Of a DNA stretch of 64,000 nt, positions 48,020 through 57,522 are shown in pieces; position 1 is the first letter of the stretch; each line of letters starts with the position of its first letter. The translations under genes and the position numbers were made by a program. The notes beneath the pieces are model-generated. The model was not told the DNA's origin and searched no databases. It saw only the letters and a list, made by a program, of their open reading frames with translations. The DNA comes from an uncultured Ignavibacteriota bacterium (GTDB taxonomy: Bacteria > Bacteroidota > Ignavibacteria > UBA10030 > UBA8401), in NCBI GenBank assembly GCA_903884005.1, contig CAISDA010000004.1:46218-110217 (forward strand), given 5' to 3'.

Positions 48020-49279
48020 ATGCAGCTCTGTCTTTTTGAAGATATCTATTACGAACGGCTCGAACCGCTCATCTTTTCGCGCACGACATACGACCTCATC
48101 TGCGGCATCAATTCGCTCCGCTCTAAAATTCTGAGGGCATACCCAGGCGTGCCGTATTCCATCCATTGCCGGCAATATCTGGAACCGATGGTGAAGTCGC
48201 GCAACGCCACGCTGTCGGTCAACCACATCGACGGTGATTCATGCCTGTTCATCAACGGCCGCATCATCGCCCCTGCGAATATGGCCGAGATCATCCCGTT
48301 GAACGATGGCGGGAACAAGATCTACATCAGCGGCGACACGATCGTGGCGGTGCGCGTCTCGGGCCTCAAATTGGAGGAGATCAAGGCGAATCTGTTCGAC
48401 CTGTTTTCGCTCGCCGATTTCGACGGCATCGCGATCGAACGAGTGGAGATCAAGCACATCGATTACATCTGGGACCTGATCACCTACAACCGCGAAGAAT
48501 TTCTGAACGATTTCAATTACCTCGTCGAAGCGAAGCCGAAGCGCATACTCGGCACGGTGCATGACGGCGTCCATATTCTCGGCAAGGAAAATTTCTTTGT
48601 CGATGAGAACGCGATCGTCATGCCGGGCGCCGTCGTCGACGCAACGGAAGGCCCGGTCTACATAGACAAGTACGCGAAGGTGTACCCGAACGCGGTGCTT
48701 GAAAATGCCATCTACGTCGGCGAAGGCTCGCACGTCAAAAGCTGCGCCCGCATCCACGACAATGTGAGCATCGGCAAGGTGTGCAAGGTCGGAGGCGAGG
48801 TCGAAGATTCGATCATCCTTCCCTACTCGAACAAGCAGCACAGCGGATTCATGGGACACGCCTACATCGGCTCGTGGGTGAACATCGGCGCCGACACGAA
48901 CAACAGCGATCTGAAAAACAATTACGGCACGGTGAAGATCTACGTCAACGGCGAGGTCGTGGACAGCGGCCTCCAGTTTCTGGGCGCCATCATCGGCGAC
49001 CATTCGAAGACCGCCATCAATACGATGTTAAACACCGGCACGATCATCGGATATTCGTGCAATATTTTCGACGGCGGGTTCCCCGCAAAATACCTGCCGT
49101 CGTTCTCATGGGGCGGAGGCAAATCCGTAACGACGTACGATCTGGACCGGAGCATCGAGACCGCAAAGCGGGCCATGCTCAGGCGCGACCATACCATGGC
49201 CGAATTTGAAGAACGGCTGTTCCGCAAAGTGTTCGACATTACGAAAAAAGAGCGGCGCAAACGAGGCTACCCCTATTAA
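48020..49279 (+). CDS. LbH-containing putative sugar nucleotidyl/acyl-transferase ('alternative GlmU'-like family)
   Basis: 419 aa. The N-terminal domain has no GxGTR motif (MQLCLFEDIYYERLEPLIFSRTTYDL). C-terminal hexapeptide repeats (IHDNVSIGKVCKVGGEVEDSII...GSWVNIGADTNNSDLKNNYG). glmS lies immediately downstream. Confidence 0.7.
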   Translation: MQLCLFEDIYYERLEPLIFSRTTYDLICGINSLRSKILRAYPGVPYSIHCRQYLEPMVKSRNATLSVNHIDGDSCLFINGRIIAPANMAEIIPLNDGGNKIYISGDTIVAVRVSGLKLEEIKANLFDLFSLADFDGIAIERVEIKHIDYIWDLITYNREEFLNDFNYLVEAKPKRILGTVHDGVHILGKENFFVDENAIVMPGAVVDATEGPVYIDKYAKVYPNAVLENAIYVGEGSHVKSCARIHDNVSIGKVCKVGGEVEDSIILPYSNKQHSGFMGHAYIGSWVNIGADTNNSDLKNNYGTVKIYVNGEVVDSGLQFLGAIIGDHSKTAINTMLNTGTIIGYSCNIFDGGFPAKYLPSFSWGGGKSVTTYDLDRSIETAKRAMLRRDHTMAEFEERLFRKVFDITKKERRKRGYPY

Positions 49280-49293
49280 CGGAAGGCACCAGC

Positions 49294-51126
49294 ATGTGCG
49301 GAATTGTCGGATATATTGGAAATAAAAATTGCGTTCCGATCCTCATCGGCGGCCTCAAACAACTGGAGTACCGCGGGTACGATTCGGCGGGCATCGGCGT
49401 CATGAACCACAACGGCGTCCATGTGGTCAAGAGCGTCGGCAAGGTCGCGGCGCTCGAAACGAAGATCAACGGCTCGCCGTTCCGGTCCACACTCGGCATC
49501 GGCCATACGCGCTGGGCGACGCACGGCGTGCCCAACGAGCGCAACGCGCATCCCCACGTGAACAACGCCGGCACGTTGATGGTCATTCACAACGGTATCA
49601 TCGAAAATTATGTCGAGATAAAAAAAACCCTCTCCGCCGAAGGCTTCCGCTTCGTGACCGAAACCGATACCGAAGCGCTAGTGCATCTGATCGACAGTTT
49701 TATTCGACGCGGGTATCCCTTGTTCAAGGCGGTCCGCGCCGCGCTCTCGCAGGTCAAGGGCACATACGGCATCGCCGTCGTGCACGCCTCGGAACCCGAT
49801 TGCATCGTTGTGGCAAAAAACGGGTCCCCCCTCACGATCGGCATCGGCGACAGTGAAAACTTCATCGCATCCGACGTCTCCGCGCTCGTCGCCCATACAA
49901 AACAGATCGTGTACCTCGAAGATGGCGACATTGCGGAGATCCGGCGCGACTCGTTCTTCGTCAACGATATGACCGACCAGCGCATCGAAAAAGAAGTGCA
50001 GTACATCACGGTGAAGCTCGAGGAGATCAGCAAGGGCGGGTATCCTCATTTCATGCTGAAGGAAATCATGGAACAGCCCGAGTCCGTCTACAACGCAATG
50101 CGCGGGCGGCTCCTGTACGACGAAGGGACATCGAAGCTCGGAGGCATCGACGAGTATGCCGACCGTCTTGCCGATTCGAAACGCATCATCATTTCAGCCT
50201 GCGGCACCTCATGGCACGCCGGATTGGTCGGCGAGTACATGCTCGAACAGTACGCCGAAACGCCGGCTGAAGTCGAATATGCATCGGAATTCCGGTACCG
50301 CAATCCGATCATCACCAAGGACGACACGGTGCTCTTCATTTCACAAAGCGGCGAAACCGCAGACACACTCGCGGCGCTGAAAGAGACGAAACGCAAAGGC
50401 GCGCTCGCCCTCGGCCTGTGCAATGTCGTGGGCAGTTCCATCGCCCGTGAAAGCACAGCCGGCGTGTATCTCCATGCAGGGCCGGAGATCGGCGTCGCGT
50501 CCACCAAGGCATTCACCGCCCAATTGACGGCGCTGGCGCTGATCACGCTCATGATCGCGCGCAAGAAACGCCTGAGCCTGACGGACGGCCAGACCATCGT
50601 CCGGGAACTGCAGATGATCCCGGATAAGATCCGGACCATTCTTCGGCTGAACGCGCAGATCGAAACAATCGCGAATAAATTTGCGGACGCGCGGAATTTT
50701 CTGTATCTCGGCAGGGGATATAATTTTCCGGTGGCGTTGGAAGGCGCATTAAAACTGAAGGAGATTTCGTACATCCATGCCGAAGGGTACCCGGCCGCCG
50801 AAATGAAGCACGGGCCGATCGCATTGATCGACGAAAATATGCCGGCGGTGTTTATCGCTCTGAAGGATTCCACATACGAAAAGATCCTCAGCAACATACA
50901 GGAAGTGAAGGCGCGTCACGGAAAGATCATCGCCATTGCAAACGAAGATGACGAAGAGATCGACAATTATGTCGACTATTCCATCAAGATCCCGCGGACG
51001 ATCCGCATGCTGAACCCGATCCTGAGCGCCATTCCGCTCCAGCTCCTGGCGTATCACATCGCCGTTCACAAGGGATTGAACGTCGATCAGCCGCGCAACC
51101 TCGCGAAAAGCGTCACGGTCGAGTAA
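49294..51126 (+). CDS. glmS: Glutamine--fructose-6-phosphate aminotransferase
   Basis: MCGIVGYIG (N-terminal nucleophile Cys), two SIS domains, C-terminal NLAKSVTVE. Confidence 0.96.
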   Translation: MCGIVGYIGNKNCVPILIGGLKQLEYRGYDSAGIGVMNHNGVHVVKSVGKVAALETKINGSPFRSTLGIGHTRWATHGVPNERNAHPHVNNAGTLMVIHNGIIENYVEIKKTLSAEGFRFVTETDTEALVHLIDSFIRRGYPLFKAVRAALSQVKGTYGIAVVHASEPDCIVVAKNGSPLTIGIGDSENFIASDVSALVAHTKQIVYLEDGDIAEIRRDSFFVNDMTDQRIEKEVQYITVKLEEISKGGYPHFMLKEIMEQPESVYNAMRGRLLYDEGTSKLGGIDEYADRLADSKRIIISACGTSWHAGLVGEYMLEQYAETPAEVEYASEFRYRNPIITKDDTVLFISQSGETADTLAALKETKRKGALALGLCNVVGSSIARESTAGVYLHAGPEIGVASTKAFTAQLTALALITLMIARKKRLSLTDGQTIVRELQMIPDKIRTILRLNAQIETIANKFADARNFLYLGRGYNFPVALEGALKLKEISYIHAEGYPAAEMKHGPIALIDENMPAVFIALKDSTYEKILSNIQEVKARHGKIIAIANEDDEEIDNYVDYSIKIPRTIRMLNPILSAIPLQLLAYHIAVHKGLNVDQPRNLAKSVTVE

Positions 51127-51229
51127 CGACACATTCGTCGCTCATCCAATTGCGAGTGCGAGCTGACAGCTCGCACGGAATGACATTTCGCCCTACAATG
51201 CGCCAATGCAACGGCAGCGAGTTACTTCG

Positions 51230-51253
51230 AAAAAAAGTGCGCCGCAGGCGCAC
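51230..51253 (-). terminator. Intrinsic terminator after the TPR gene
   Basis: Minus strand reads GTGCGCC-TGC-GGCGCAC followed by seven T residues, 9 nt after the stop at 51262. Confidence 0.8.
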
Positions 51254-51261
51254 TGGCCGCG

Positions 51262-51642
51262 CTACTGGCTTTCATCCAAATATTTTTGATCGACGGCGAA
51301 ACCCAATTCTTTCGCCTTCATAAGATCTGCGCGCGCCTTCTCCAGATAGACCTTCGAGCGCAGTTTGCTCTTTTGGTTGTACCGCAAATATGCCAGCCCC
51401 CTGTGGTAGTATGCCTTTGCAAAATCCGGCTTCGATTCTATCGCCATCGTGAAATCATCAATCGCGCCGTAAAAATCTTTATTGCTTACCTTTTCTTTGC
51501 CGCTCTGAAACCATGCCGAAGCATTTTTTTTATTTTGCGCCAACGAGACCGTCGTGAGGCAAACCGCTGCCAAAGCAACAACAACCAGGAGTGTTTTCAA
51601 GTGTGGGATTCCCCTTATTAGTACGTATTTCTTCGTTGTCAT
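51262..51642 (-). CDS. Secreted TPR-repeat protein
   Basis: Signal/TM LKTLLVVVALAAVCLTTVSLAQ, then TPR-like NKDFYGAIDDFTMAIESKPDFAKAYYHRGLAYL. Internal ATG at 51642 chosen; the longer ORF would overlap the kinase gene. Confidence 0.75.
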   Translation of the reverse strand: MTTKKYVLIRGIPHLKTLLVVVALAAVCLTTVSLAQNKKNASAWFQSGKEKVSNKDFYGAIDDFTMAIESKPDFAKAYYHRGLAYLRYNQKSKLRSKVYLEKARADLMKAKELGFAVDQKYLDESQ

Positions 51643-51715
51643 GCACTGATGTTCAAAATTATAAAAATGGTATCTCTTGTGACGAACCGTTCCGGCACCT
51701 CGCCCGGTCACATGA

Positions 51716-54058
51716 TCAGGCCGCATCGTTATGATCGAGCACGTCACGAATCGCTTTACTGATGTCGACATTTCTATATGGCTTCATGATGAATTTGCTG
51801 ACGCCCAGCGCATCAGCACTCTCCTGATTGACCTCATTGCTAAATCCCGTGCACAGAATGACAGGCAAGTCCTTTTTAATAGACAGCGCCTGTTTTACTA
51901 ATTCAATCCCTGTCAGACCCGGCATCGTCTGATCTGTCACAAGAATGTCAATGTCTGCACTTCTTTCCCGTATCATGGTGAGCGCGTCGAGACTGTCGGA
52001 AAAAGCGGTGACCGTATACCCCAGAGTTGTCAGCCACTCCAAACTCATTTCGACCAACATCTTTTCGTCATCCACAAAGAGAACTCGTTCAGTACCGGAT
52101 AATAGAGACAGGATTTCGTTCGTGGCTTTTTGGGTGACGGGCGCACCGGTTGTGGGAAGATAGATCCTCACGGCGGTACCCTTGCCCACTTCGCTTTCCA
52201 CCTGCAGGTCACCGCCGTGCAATTGCACGATCCCCAGGACAACGCTCAGCCCCATCCCAGTTCCTTCTCCTACGGGTTTCGTCGTGAAGAATGGTTCGAA
52301 GGCCTTGGACAGCGTTACCGCATCCATGCCGCACCCGGTATCCGCGATCTCGATGGCGGCATAGTCGCCCGGCGGCAATTCTCCACTCTGGCAATGATGA
52401 CCGCTGCCGAGAACGACCGGATACAAACGGATGGTCAGCGTTCCTTTGCGGTTCATCGCATGGACGGCGTTGGTGGCAAGGTTGAGAACCGCCTGGTGAA
52501 TTTGGGTCGTATCAGCCAGCACCGATTTCATTTCATTGTGAAGGTCGGAATCAATAATGACGGACGATGGGATGGACGACTTGAGCAGATCCAATACTTC
52601 TACAATGATCGGACCGAGGGAAGTGACCGACTTCTGCGAATTGCTTTGCCGGCTGAACGCCAGTATTTGCTTGACCAGATTTTTTGCTCTGTCTGAAGCC
52701 TGCAGCACCTTTAAGAGATTTTTTTCCAGCATGGACCCATGTTCAGCATAACTGAGCGATATATCCGTGTAGCCGATGATGCCACCCAGCACATTGTTGA
52801 AATCATGGGCGATGCCGCCTGCAAGCTGCCCAATCGCCTCCATTTTTTCAGATTGCCGGACCTGCAATTCCAGACGACGCAGATTCTCTTCGGACTGCTT
52901 CCGGGGAGTGATATCTTTAATGGTGCCGATCATCGTTATTGGCTGACCATTCCCATCAAACTTCAGTTCACCCACTCCGGAGACCCACCGCTCTGCGTTC
53001 GTATCCTGCCGAACAATTTTATATTCCTTATCAAATCGCGCCTTTTTCCCGATCACGTCCTGTAAAAAATAATCCATCATTCTCTGACGCCATTCGGGAT
53101 GTATAATTGCTCCCCACCCTTCCACGGTTTTATCGTAATCACGATCGATCCCGAATATGGCATCAAGAATTTCAGAACTTTTCCATATGCCTGAAGCGAT
53201 GTCCATCGTATAGGTTCCAAGTTCAGCGATGATCTGTGTTTCCCTTAAAAAATTTTCGCTTTCTTTCAGTGCTCCTTCCACCTGTTTGCGTTCGGTGATA
53301 TCGGTACAAAAAGCCATGAATGTGTTATTCGATAATCGGATGGCATCAACGTTGACTGGAATGACTCCGCCATTTTTTTTCCTCAACATCATTTCGCTCT
53401 TTATCCGCCCGTGTTCCTTCAATGTGAAAAATTGCGGCGATACTGCAGCGGATTCAGTCGAATCGTTCAAATCCCGTATGGAGAGTGACAGAAGCTCCTC
53501 GCGTGTGTATCCGAGCATGGAACAGGCGGTCGTATTCACATCAATATACTTGCCTGCCTCATCCGTAATGAATATTCCCTCAGGCGATTGATCGATATAT
53601 GTCCGATATTTTTCTTCGTTCGCACGAAGTGCGTTCTCCGTTTGCTTGCGTTCGGTGATGTCCTGACCGACCCCCCTGTATCCTTGAAGATTCCCCTTGG
53701 CATCCAGTATGGGTACGCCATTGGTGAGAAGGCATACTCTCCCACCATTTTTCTGTATGCTCCAATTTTCAAGCCCGTTGATGGGTGCCTTCTTCGCGGC
53801 GATTTCAGAGAATATTGCGCCGATTCGTTCCGCTTCGTCCGGGGGCATAAAATCGAAAGGCGTCTTCCCGAGGATCTCTTCAGCCGAGTATCCAAGAAGC
53901 TTGGCACTTTTCTGAGAACTATAGGTATAGACGCCATTAACATCCACTTCCCAGACCCAATCGGCCATGCTGAAAGTGATATCCCGCAGCCGGCTTTCAC
54001 TCTCTCGCAGGGCCTGCTCAGCCTGCTCTCGATTCGAATTTGGTTTTTGTGAGCTCAT
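51716..54058 (-). CDS. Hybrid sensor histidine kinase/response regulator with several PAS domains
   Basis: At least three PAS/PAC-like repeats (each ending ...DITERKQ.E..L), H-box GIAHDFNNVLGGI, G-boxes DTGCGMD and GTGMGLSV, C-terminal receiver VLFVDDE...ILVTDQTMPGLTG. The start could instead be 54157. Confidence 0.88.
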   Translation of the reverse strand: MSSQKPNSNREQAEQALRESESRLRDITFSMADWVWEVDVNGVYTYSSQKSAKLLGYSAEEILGKTPFDFMPPDEAERIGAIFSEIAAKKAPINGLENWSIQKNGGRVCLLTNGVPILDAKGNLQGYRGVGQDITERKQTENALRANEEKYRTYIDQSPEGIFITDEAGKYIDVNTTACSMLGYTREELLSLSIRDLNDSTESAAVSPQFFTLKEHGRIKSEMMLRKKNGGVIPVNVDAIRLSNNTFMAFCTDITERKQVEGALKESENFLRETQIIAELGTYTMDIASGIWKSSEILDAIFGIDRDYDKTVEGWGAIIHPEWRQRMMDYFLQDVIGKKARFDKEYKIVRQDTNAERWVSGVGELKFDGNGQPITMIGTIKDITPRKQSEENLRRLELQVRQSEKMEAIGQLAGGIAHDFNNVLGGIIGYTDISLSYAEHGSMLEKNLLKVLQASDRAKNLVKQILAFSRQSNSQKSVTSLGPIIVEVLDLLKSSIPSSVIIDSDLHNEMKSVLADTTQIHQAVLNLATNAVHAMNRKGTLTIRLYPVVLGSGHHCQSGELPPGDYAAIEIADTGCGMDAVTLSKAFEPFFTTKPVGEGTGMGLSVVLGIVQLHGGDLQVESEVGKGTAVRIYLPTTGAPVTQKATNEILSLLSGTERVLFVDDEKMLVEMSLEWLTTLGYTVTAFSDSLDALTMIRERSADIDILVTDQTMPGLTGIELVKQALSIKKDLPVILCTGFSNEVNQESADALGVSKFIMKPYRNVDISKAIRDVLDHNDAA

Positions 54059-54259
54059 AATATACCAGTACGGCGTTGTGATGTGAGTCAATGATACAAT
54101 CTTGTCCCATGATGCATTATTACGGATGTAACGCAAATACTCCGCCCTAGCATTCACGCAATATGATGGCCGGCGAAAGGGCCGGCAGGTGTCTTTGGCG
54201 TCATAGCCGCATGGGTATGGTTGCAGTGAATGAATTATTTTTCGGCCGGCTGCACCGTG

Positions 54260-57200
54260 CTATTTTTTTTCAGCCACGACCGTAACCGGACCGATCAGGC
54301 CTGATTTTAGTAATGGCGAATCCGCGTTGTAATGCTTGAACGTTGTGAATGTCAGGCGGCCCGACGTTCTGGGCTTCCCGTTCACAAGCCATTCAGGCCA
54401 TTGTCCTTTTTTGATCCCATCGTCGGGCTTTCGTTCGTCTCCGATCAACCTGTTGGGCCAGAGGTTTGCCACTTCAATATCAATAGTGTTCTCACCAACA
54501 ACAACCGCATGAGCAATGTTCACACGGAACGGAGCCGCCCACACGACCCCCATGTCTTTGCCGTTCACAAAAACCCTCGCGAGGTTGCAGACCTCCCCGA
54601 GATCGAGGGAAAGATCGGCCGCTTTATCCGCAACAACATCGTTCCCAATGTGTATTGTCGTGTGATAGCGTGCAATGCCTGAATAATATTTTATTCCTTC
54701 TTCCGGTCTGGTCGTCCAGTCCTGGAGCGTATCGAAGCCAATGCTCGCCGGCCCGCCCCATTGGGGGGAGAAGGATACTTTCCACGGCCCATGCACATCC
54801 ACTACCACCGAAGCGTGGGCAAAATTTTTCACGGCACGTGAATTGTCATGTTTCAGATTTCCATGTCGATTGAAAACGATAAAATAACTTTCGTACGCTT
54901 CGAACTGTAGGGGTATCTGTACGTGTCCGTTGTTCGCTTCGTACTCCGGAAGCTCGCGTGTTTCGCCGGTCATTGGATTCCACAGTTCGGGCGATCCGGT
55001 ACCGACCCTGAACAGACAATTCGCGGCAATGCGGGCGTTGGTTTTGTTCGATACAAAATAGCAATCTCCAGCCTGGTTCACCTGATGTGCATATCTGACC
55101 GGTTCCGATGAGGTGAAATCCTGTTGAATGCCCATGCCGGCGAGTATTGCTGAGGTTGCATCATACTCGGGATAAAGTTCAGGTGAAACACACTGCGAAA
55201 ATGCTCCTCCCCAATATATCGCGCCCTTGCCCAGCGATCGTTTCGTAATGATGGAAGGAGCCTTTGCTGCTCCCCACATCGCGGCCGCAACTGATGCGAC
55301 CTGCTTGTCACATTCCGGATAATTCACCAGACTGGGAGACGTCTGCGGAGGATTTCCAATGACGACCGCGCCGGCTTTCACGAGCGATTCAATTGCAGTG
55401 ATCAGCGCCGGCGTCATGGTTTCAACAGCAGGCAACACAAGCAGCCGGTACGACGCGCCTGAGGGGAATGTGACCTTGCCGTCGATGACGGTTGCCTTCA
55501 TTATTTCAGACGGCGAACATCCATCGAAGTTGTATCCTTTCCGATCGGGGAGCAATTCACCCGATGTCTTCACGGTGGAGGGTGCGAAACCTTTCTTGAG
55601 AGCAGAAGCATTGTTCATTACACTGTCATTGGTCAAGGCAGACGCAGGCGCCCTGAACACCTGCGGCGCGCCTTCGGGCGTCAGGTACAGAATATCGGCA
55701 ACCGGTTGTCCTTGCTGCAGCAGGTATTGGCATCGTGCTATGTATTTGTGGTACCCATCGGCCATGGGCCACCAGGTCTGACTGCGGTCATGGTGCACTC
55801 CATACGGCCCCATGGTCATTCCCGGTTTGAGGCTATCGGCTAATACCTGATGCTGATACGTATGGTACATGAACTTGTTGATGCCCGTTGCAAAAGCCCA
55901 GTCGCCCTGATTTTTCATCGACCCGGGATATTGTTTCCATGCGTCGAGATACGCGGTGAAGGACTCGGCTGCAACAACTTTTTTCCCTTCCACGTGGGCA
56001 ATCGAGGCGGCCTGTATGCAGCTGAACGACGTATTGAATCCGTAACCCTTGCTCCAGAATTCGGCCATCGGAACATCGGCCACCGCTCCGAGTTCCATGT
56101 CGGCCGCAGGGTTCATATCATACGGCTCTATCGAAAAACCCATATTGAATTTGTGTCCGTATTGTTTCAAATGCATTGCATGGTGTTCAATCACCAACTC
56201 CTGCGATGTCTGCCTCAAATCCCACAGAAACCGCTCGCTCTTTTCAAGACTTTCAACTACCAAGCCTGCATACACAGGATAAAAAGGAAGCGGGTCGTAG
56301 CCTCTGCGTGTCCTGAACTCTTCCCTGAATCGTTCAGTCCAGTTTTGTGCTCCCATTTCCCAACTGTCCATGTGGAGCATCTTTAATCCACCCTGAAGAT
56401 TCTTGTCGGGTGTACCAATTTTTTTCAGCAGCTTCCCGGTAAAATTTTCCAAATGCGCATTGATGGCTGCAGTGTCAAATTTATCGGCCTCAAATCCCAC
56501 ACCCGGCAGCGGGGCCGGCCTGGTCACCGCACCGTTGTTCCTGCTGCCAAAACGCATGATGGTCCACTTGCCCTGCGGCACGTTCCATTCCAGTGTGCCA
56601 TCCGGTTTCATGAACGCGGTAACATCGATGATCGTCCCGGGCAGAATAGCTGTTCCATGCATTGGCTCGGTGTCGTGTGCGATCGATGGCAAAAATGATT
56701 TGACTCCCGGCTTCGACGAATACGGTTCCCGATAATACAAGGCCTTCTCGTCTATATCACGTATGTGAAAATTGCCGGCCGGTGTCGGGAAGGCAAGAAC
56801 GGCGACATCTTCATAATAATCGAGCCACCGTTGTTTGAGCTCGGGCGTGAACGAGCCTTCTCCAAAATATGGTTTTTTGGGAGATGGTGTGGGAAGTTTG
56901 ATCGGCGTGCGTTCGCCTCCATGCACCTGAATGGAACTCGACACCAAATGCTTCATCGACTGTTTTCCGGGAACCCACGGGCCTCCGCTGCCTGTCCACC
57001 CCGGACCAACCCCGAGTGTAATGGTGATACCCAACCGTTCCGACTCACGCACTATATGCTGAAATAAATTTTGCCACTCCTCTGTCATGAATTCAACTTT
57101 GCCGCGCGGAATGCCGACGTTGACCTCTAAAAACAGCACTGTGCCAATGCCGACTTTTTTCATCGATTCAAGGTCGGCAGTGATGGCTTCTTTGGTCATG

Positions 57201-57364
57201 TTCCCGTCCATGAAGTACCAATAGACACCCGGACGGGCGGAATCGGGCGGAGACATAAATCCTTTCCGAAGCTCTTCCGTTGACGATGGCGCTTCGGGAA
57301 GCTTGCAGTTCAGAGCGCAGAGTGCGCACGCGCACATGAGCAGAGTAACGATATTTTTTTTCAT
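54260..57364 (-). CDS. Large secreted glycoside hydrolase, GH106-like (alpha-L-rhamnosidase family), paralog A
   Basis: Signal/lipobox-like MKKNIVTLLMCACALCALNC. The N-terminal pattern F.SPPDSARPGVYWYFMDGNMTKEAITADLESMKKVGIG recalls GH106 (BT_0986-type) enzymes. C-terminal jelly-roll VNGKDMGVVWAAPF. ATG at 57364 chosen. Confidence 0.6.
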   Translation of the reverse strand: MKKNIVTLLMCACALCALNCKLPEAPSSTEELRKGFMSPPDSARPGVYWYFMDGNMTKEAITADLESMKKVGIGTVLFLEVNVGIPRGKVEFMTEEWQNLFQHIVRESERLGITITLGVGPGWTGSGGPWVPGKQSMKHLVSSSIQVHGGERTPIKLPTPSPKKPYFGEGSFTPELKQRWLDYYEDVAVLAFPTPAGNFHIRDIDEKALYYREPYSSKPGVKSFLPSIAHDTEPMHGTAILPGTIIDVTAFMKPDGTLEWNVPQGKWTIMRFGSRNNGAVTRPAPLPGVGFEADKFDTAAINAHLENFTGKLLKKIGTPDKNLQGGLKMLHMDSWEMGAQNWTERFREEFRTRRGYDPLPFYPVYAGLVVESLEKSERFLWDLRQTSQELVIEHHAMHLKQYGHKFNMGFSIEPYDMNPAADMELGAVADVPMAEFWSKGYGFNTSFSCIQAASIAHVEGKKVVAAESFTAYLDAWKQYPGSMKNQGDWAFATGINKFMYHTYQHQVLADSLKPGMTMGPYGVHHDRSQTWWPMADGYHKYIARCQYLLQQGQPVADILYLTPEGAPQVFRAPASALTNDSVMNNASALKKGFAPSTVKTSGELLPDRKGYNFDGCSPSEIMKATVIDGKVTFPSGASYRLLVLPAVETMTPALITAIESLVKAGAVVIGNPPQTSPSLVNYPECDKQVASVAAAMWGAAKAPSIITKRSLGKGAIYWGGAFSQCVSPELYPEYDATSAILAGMGIQQDFTSSEPVRYAHQVNQAGDCYFVSNKTNARIAANCLFRVGTGSPELWNPMTGETRELPEYEANNGHVQIPLQFEAYESYFIVFNRHGNLKHDNSRAVKNFAHASVVVDVHGPWKVSFSPQWGGPASIGFDTLQDWTTRPEEGIKYYSGIARYHTTIHIGNDVVADKAADLSLDLGEVCNLARVFVNGKDMGVVWAAPFRVNIAHAVVVGENTIDIEVANLWPNRLIGDERKPDDGIKKGQWPEWLVNGKPRTSGRLTFTTFKHYNADSPLLKSGLIGPVTVVAEKK

Positions 57365-57522
57365 GGTGTGGAATGGTTGAATGAATAATAGGCGTTCTAT
57401 ACGCTGACAACGAAGCAACCCGCACCGCTTCTCGGTGCAGGCGGGATACCATTTCGCCCTGCAACATTCATCCATTGCAATGCCGAGCGGCAATGAATGT
57501 GCAGAGCAGAGACGAACTGAAC

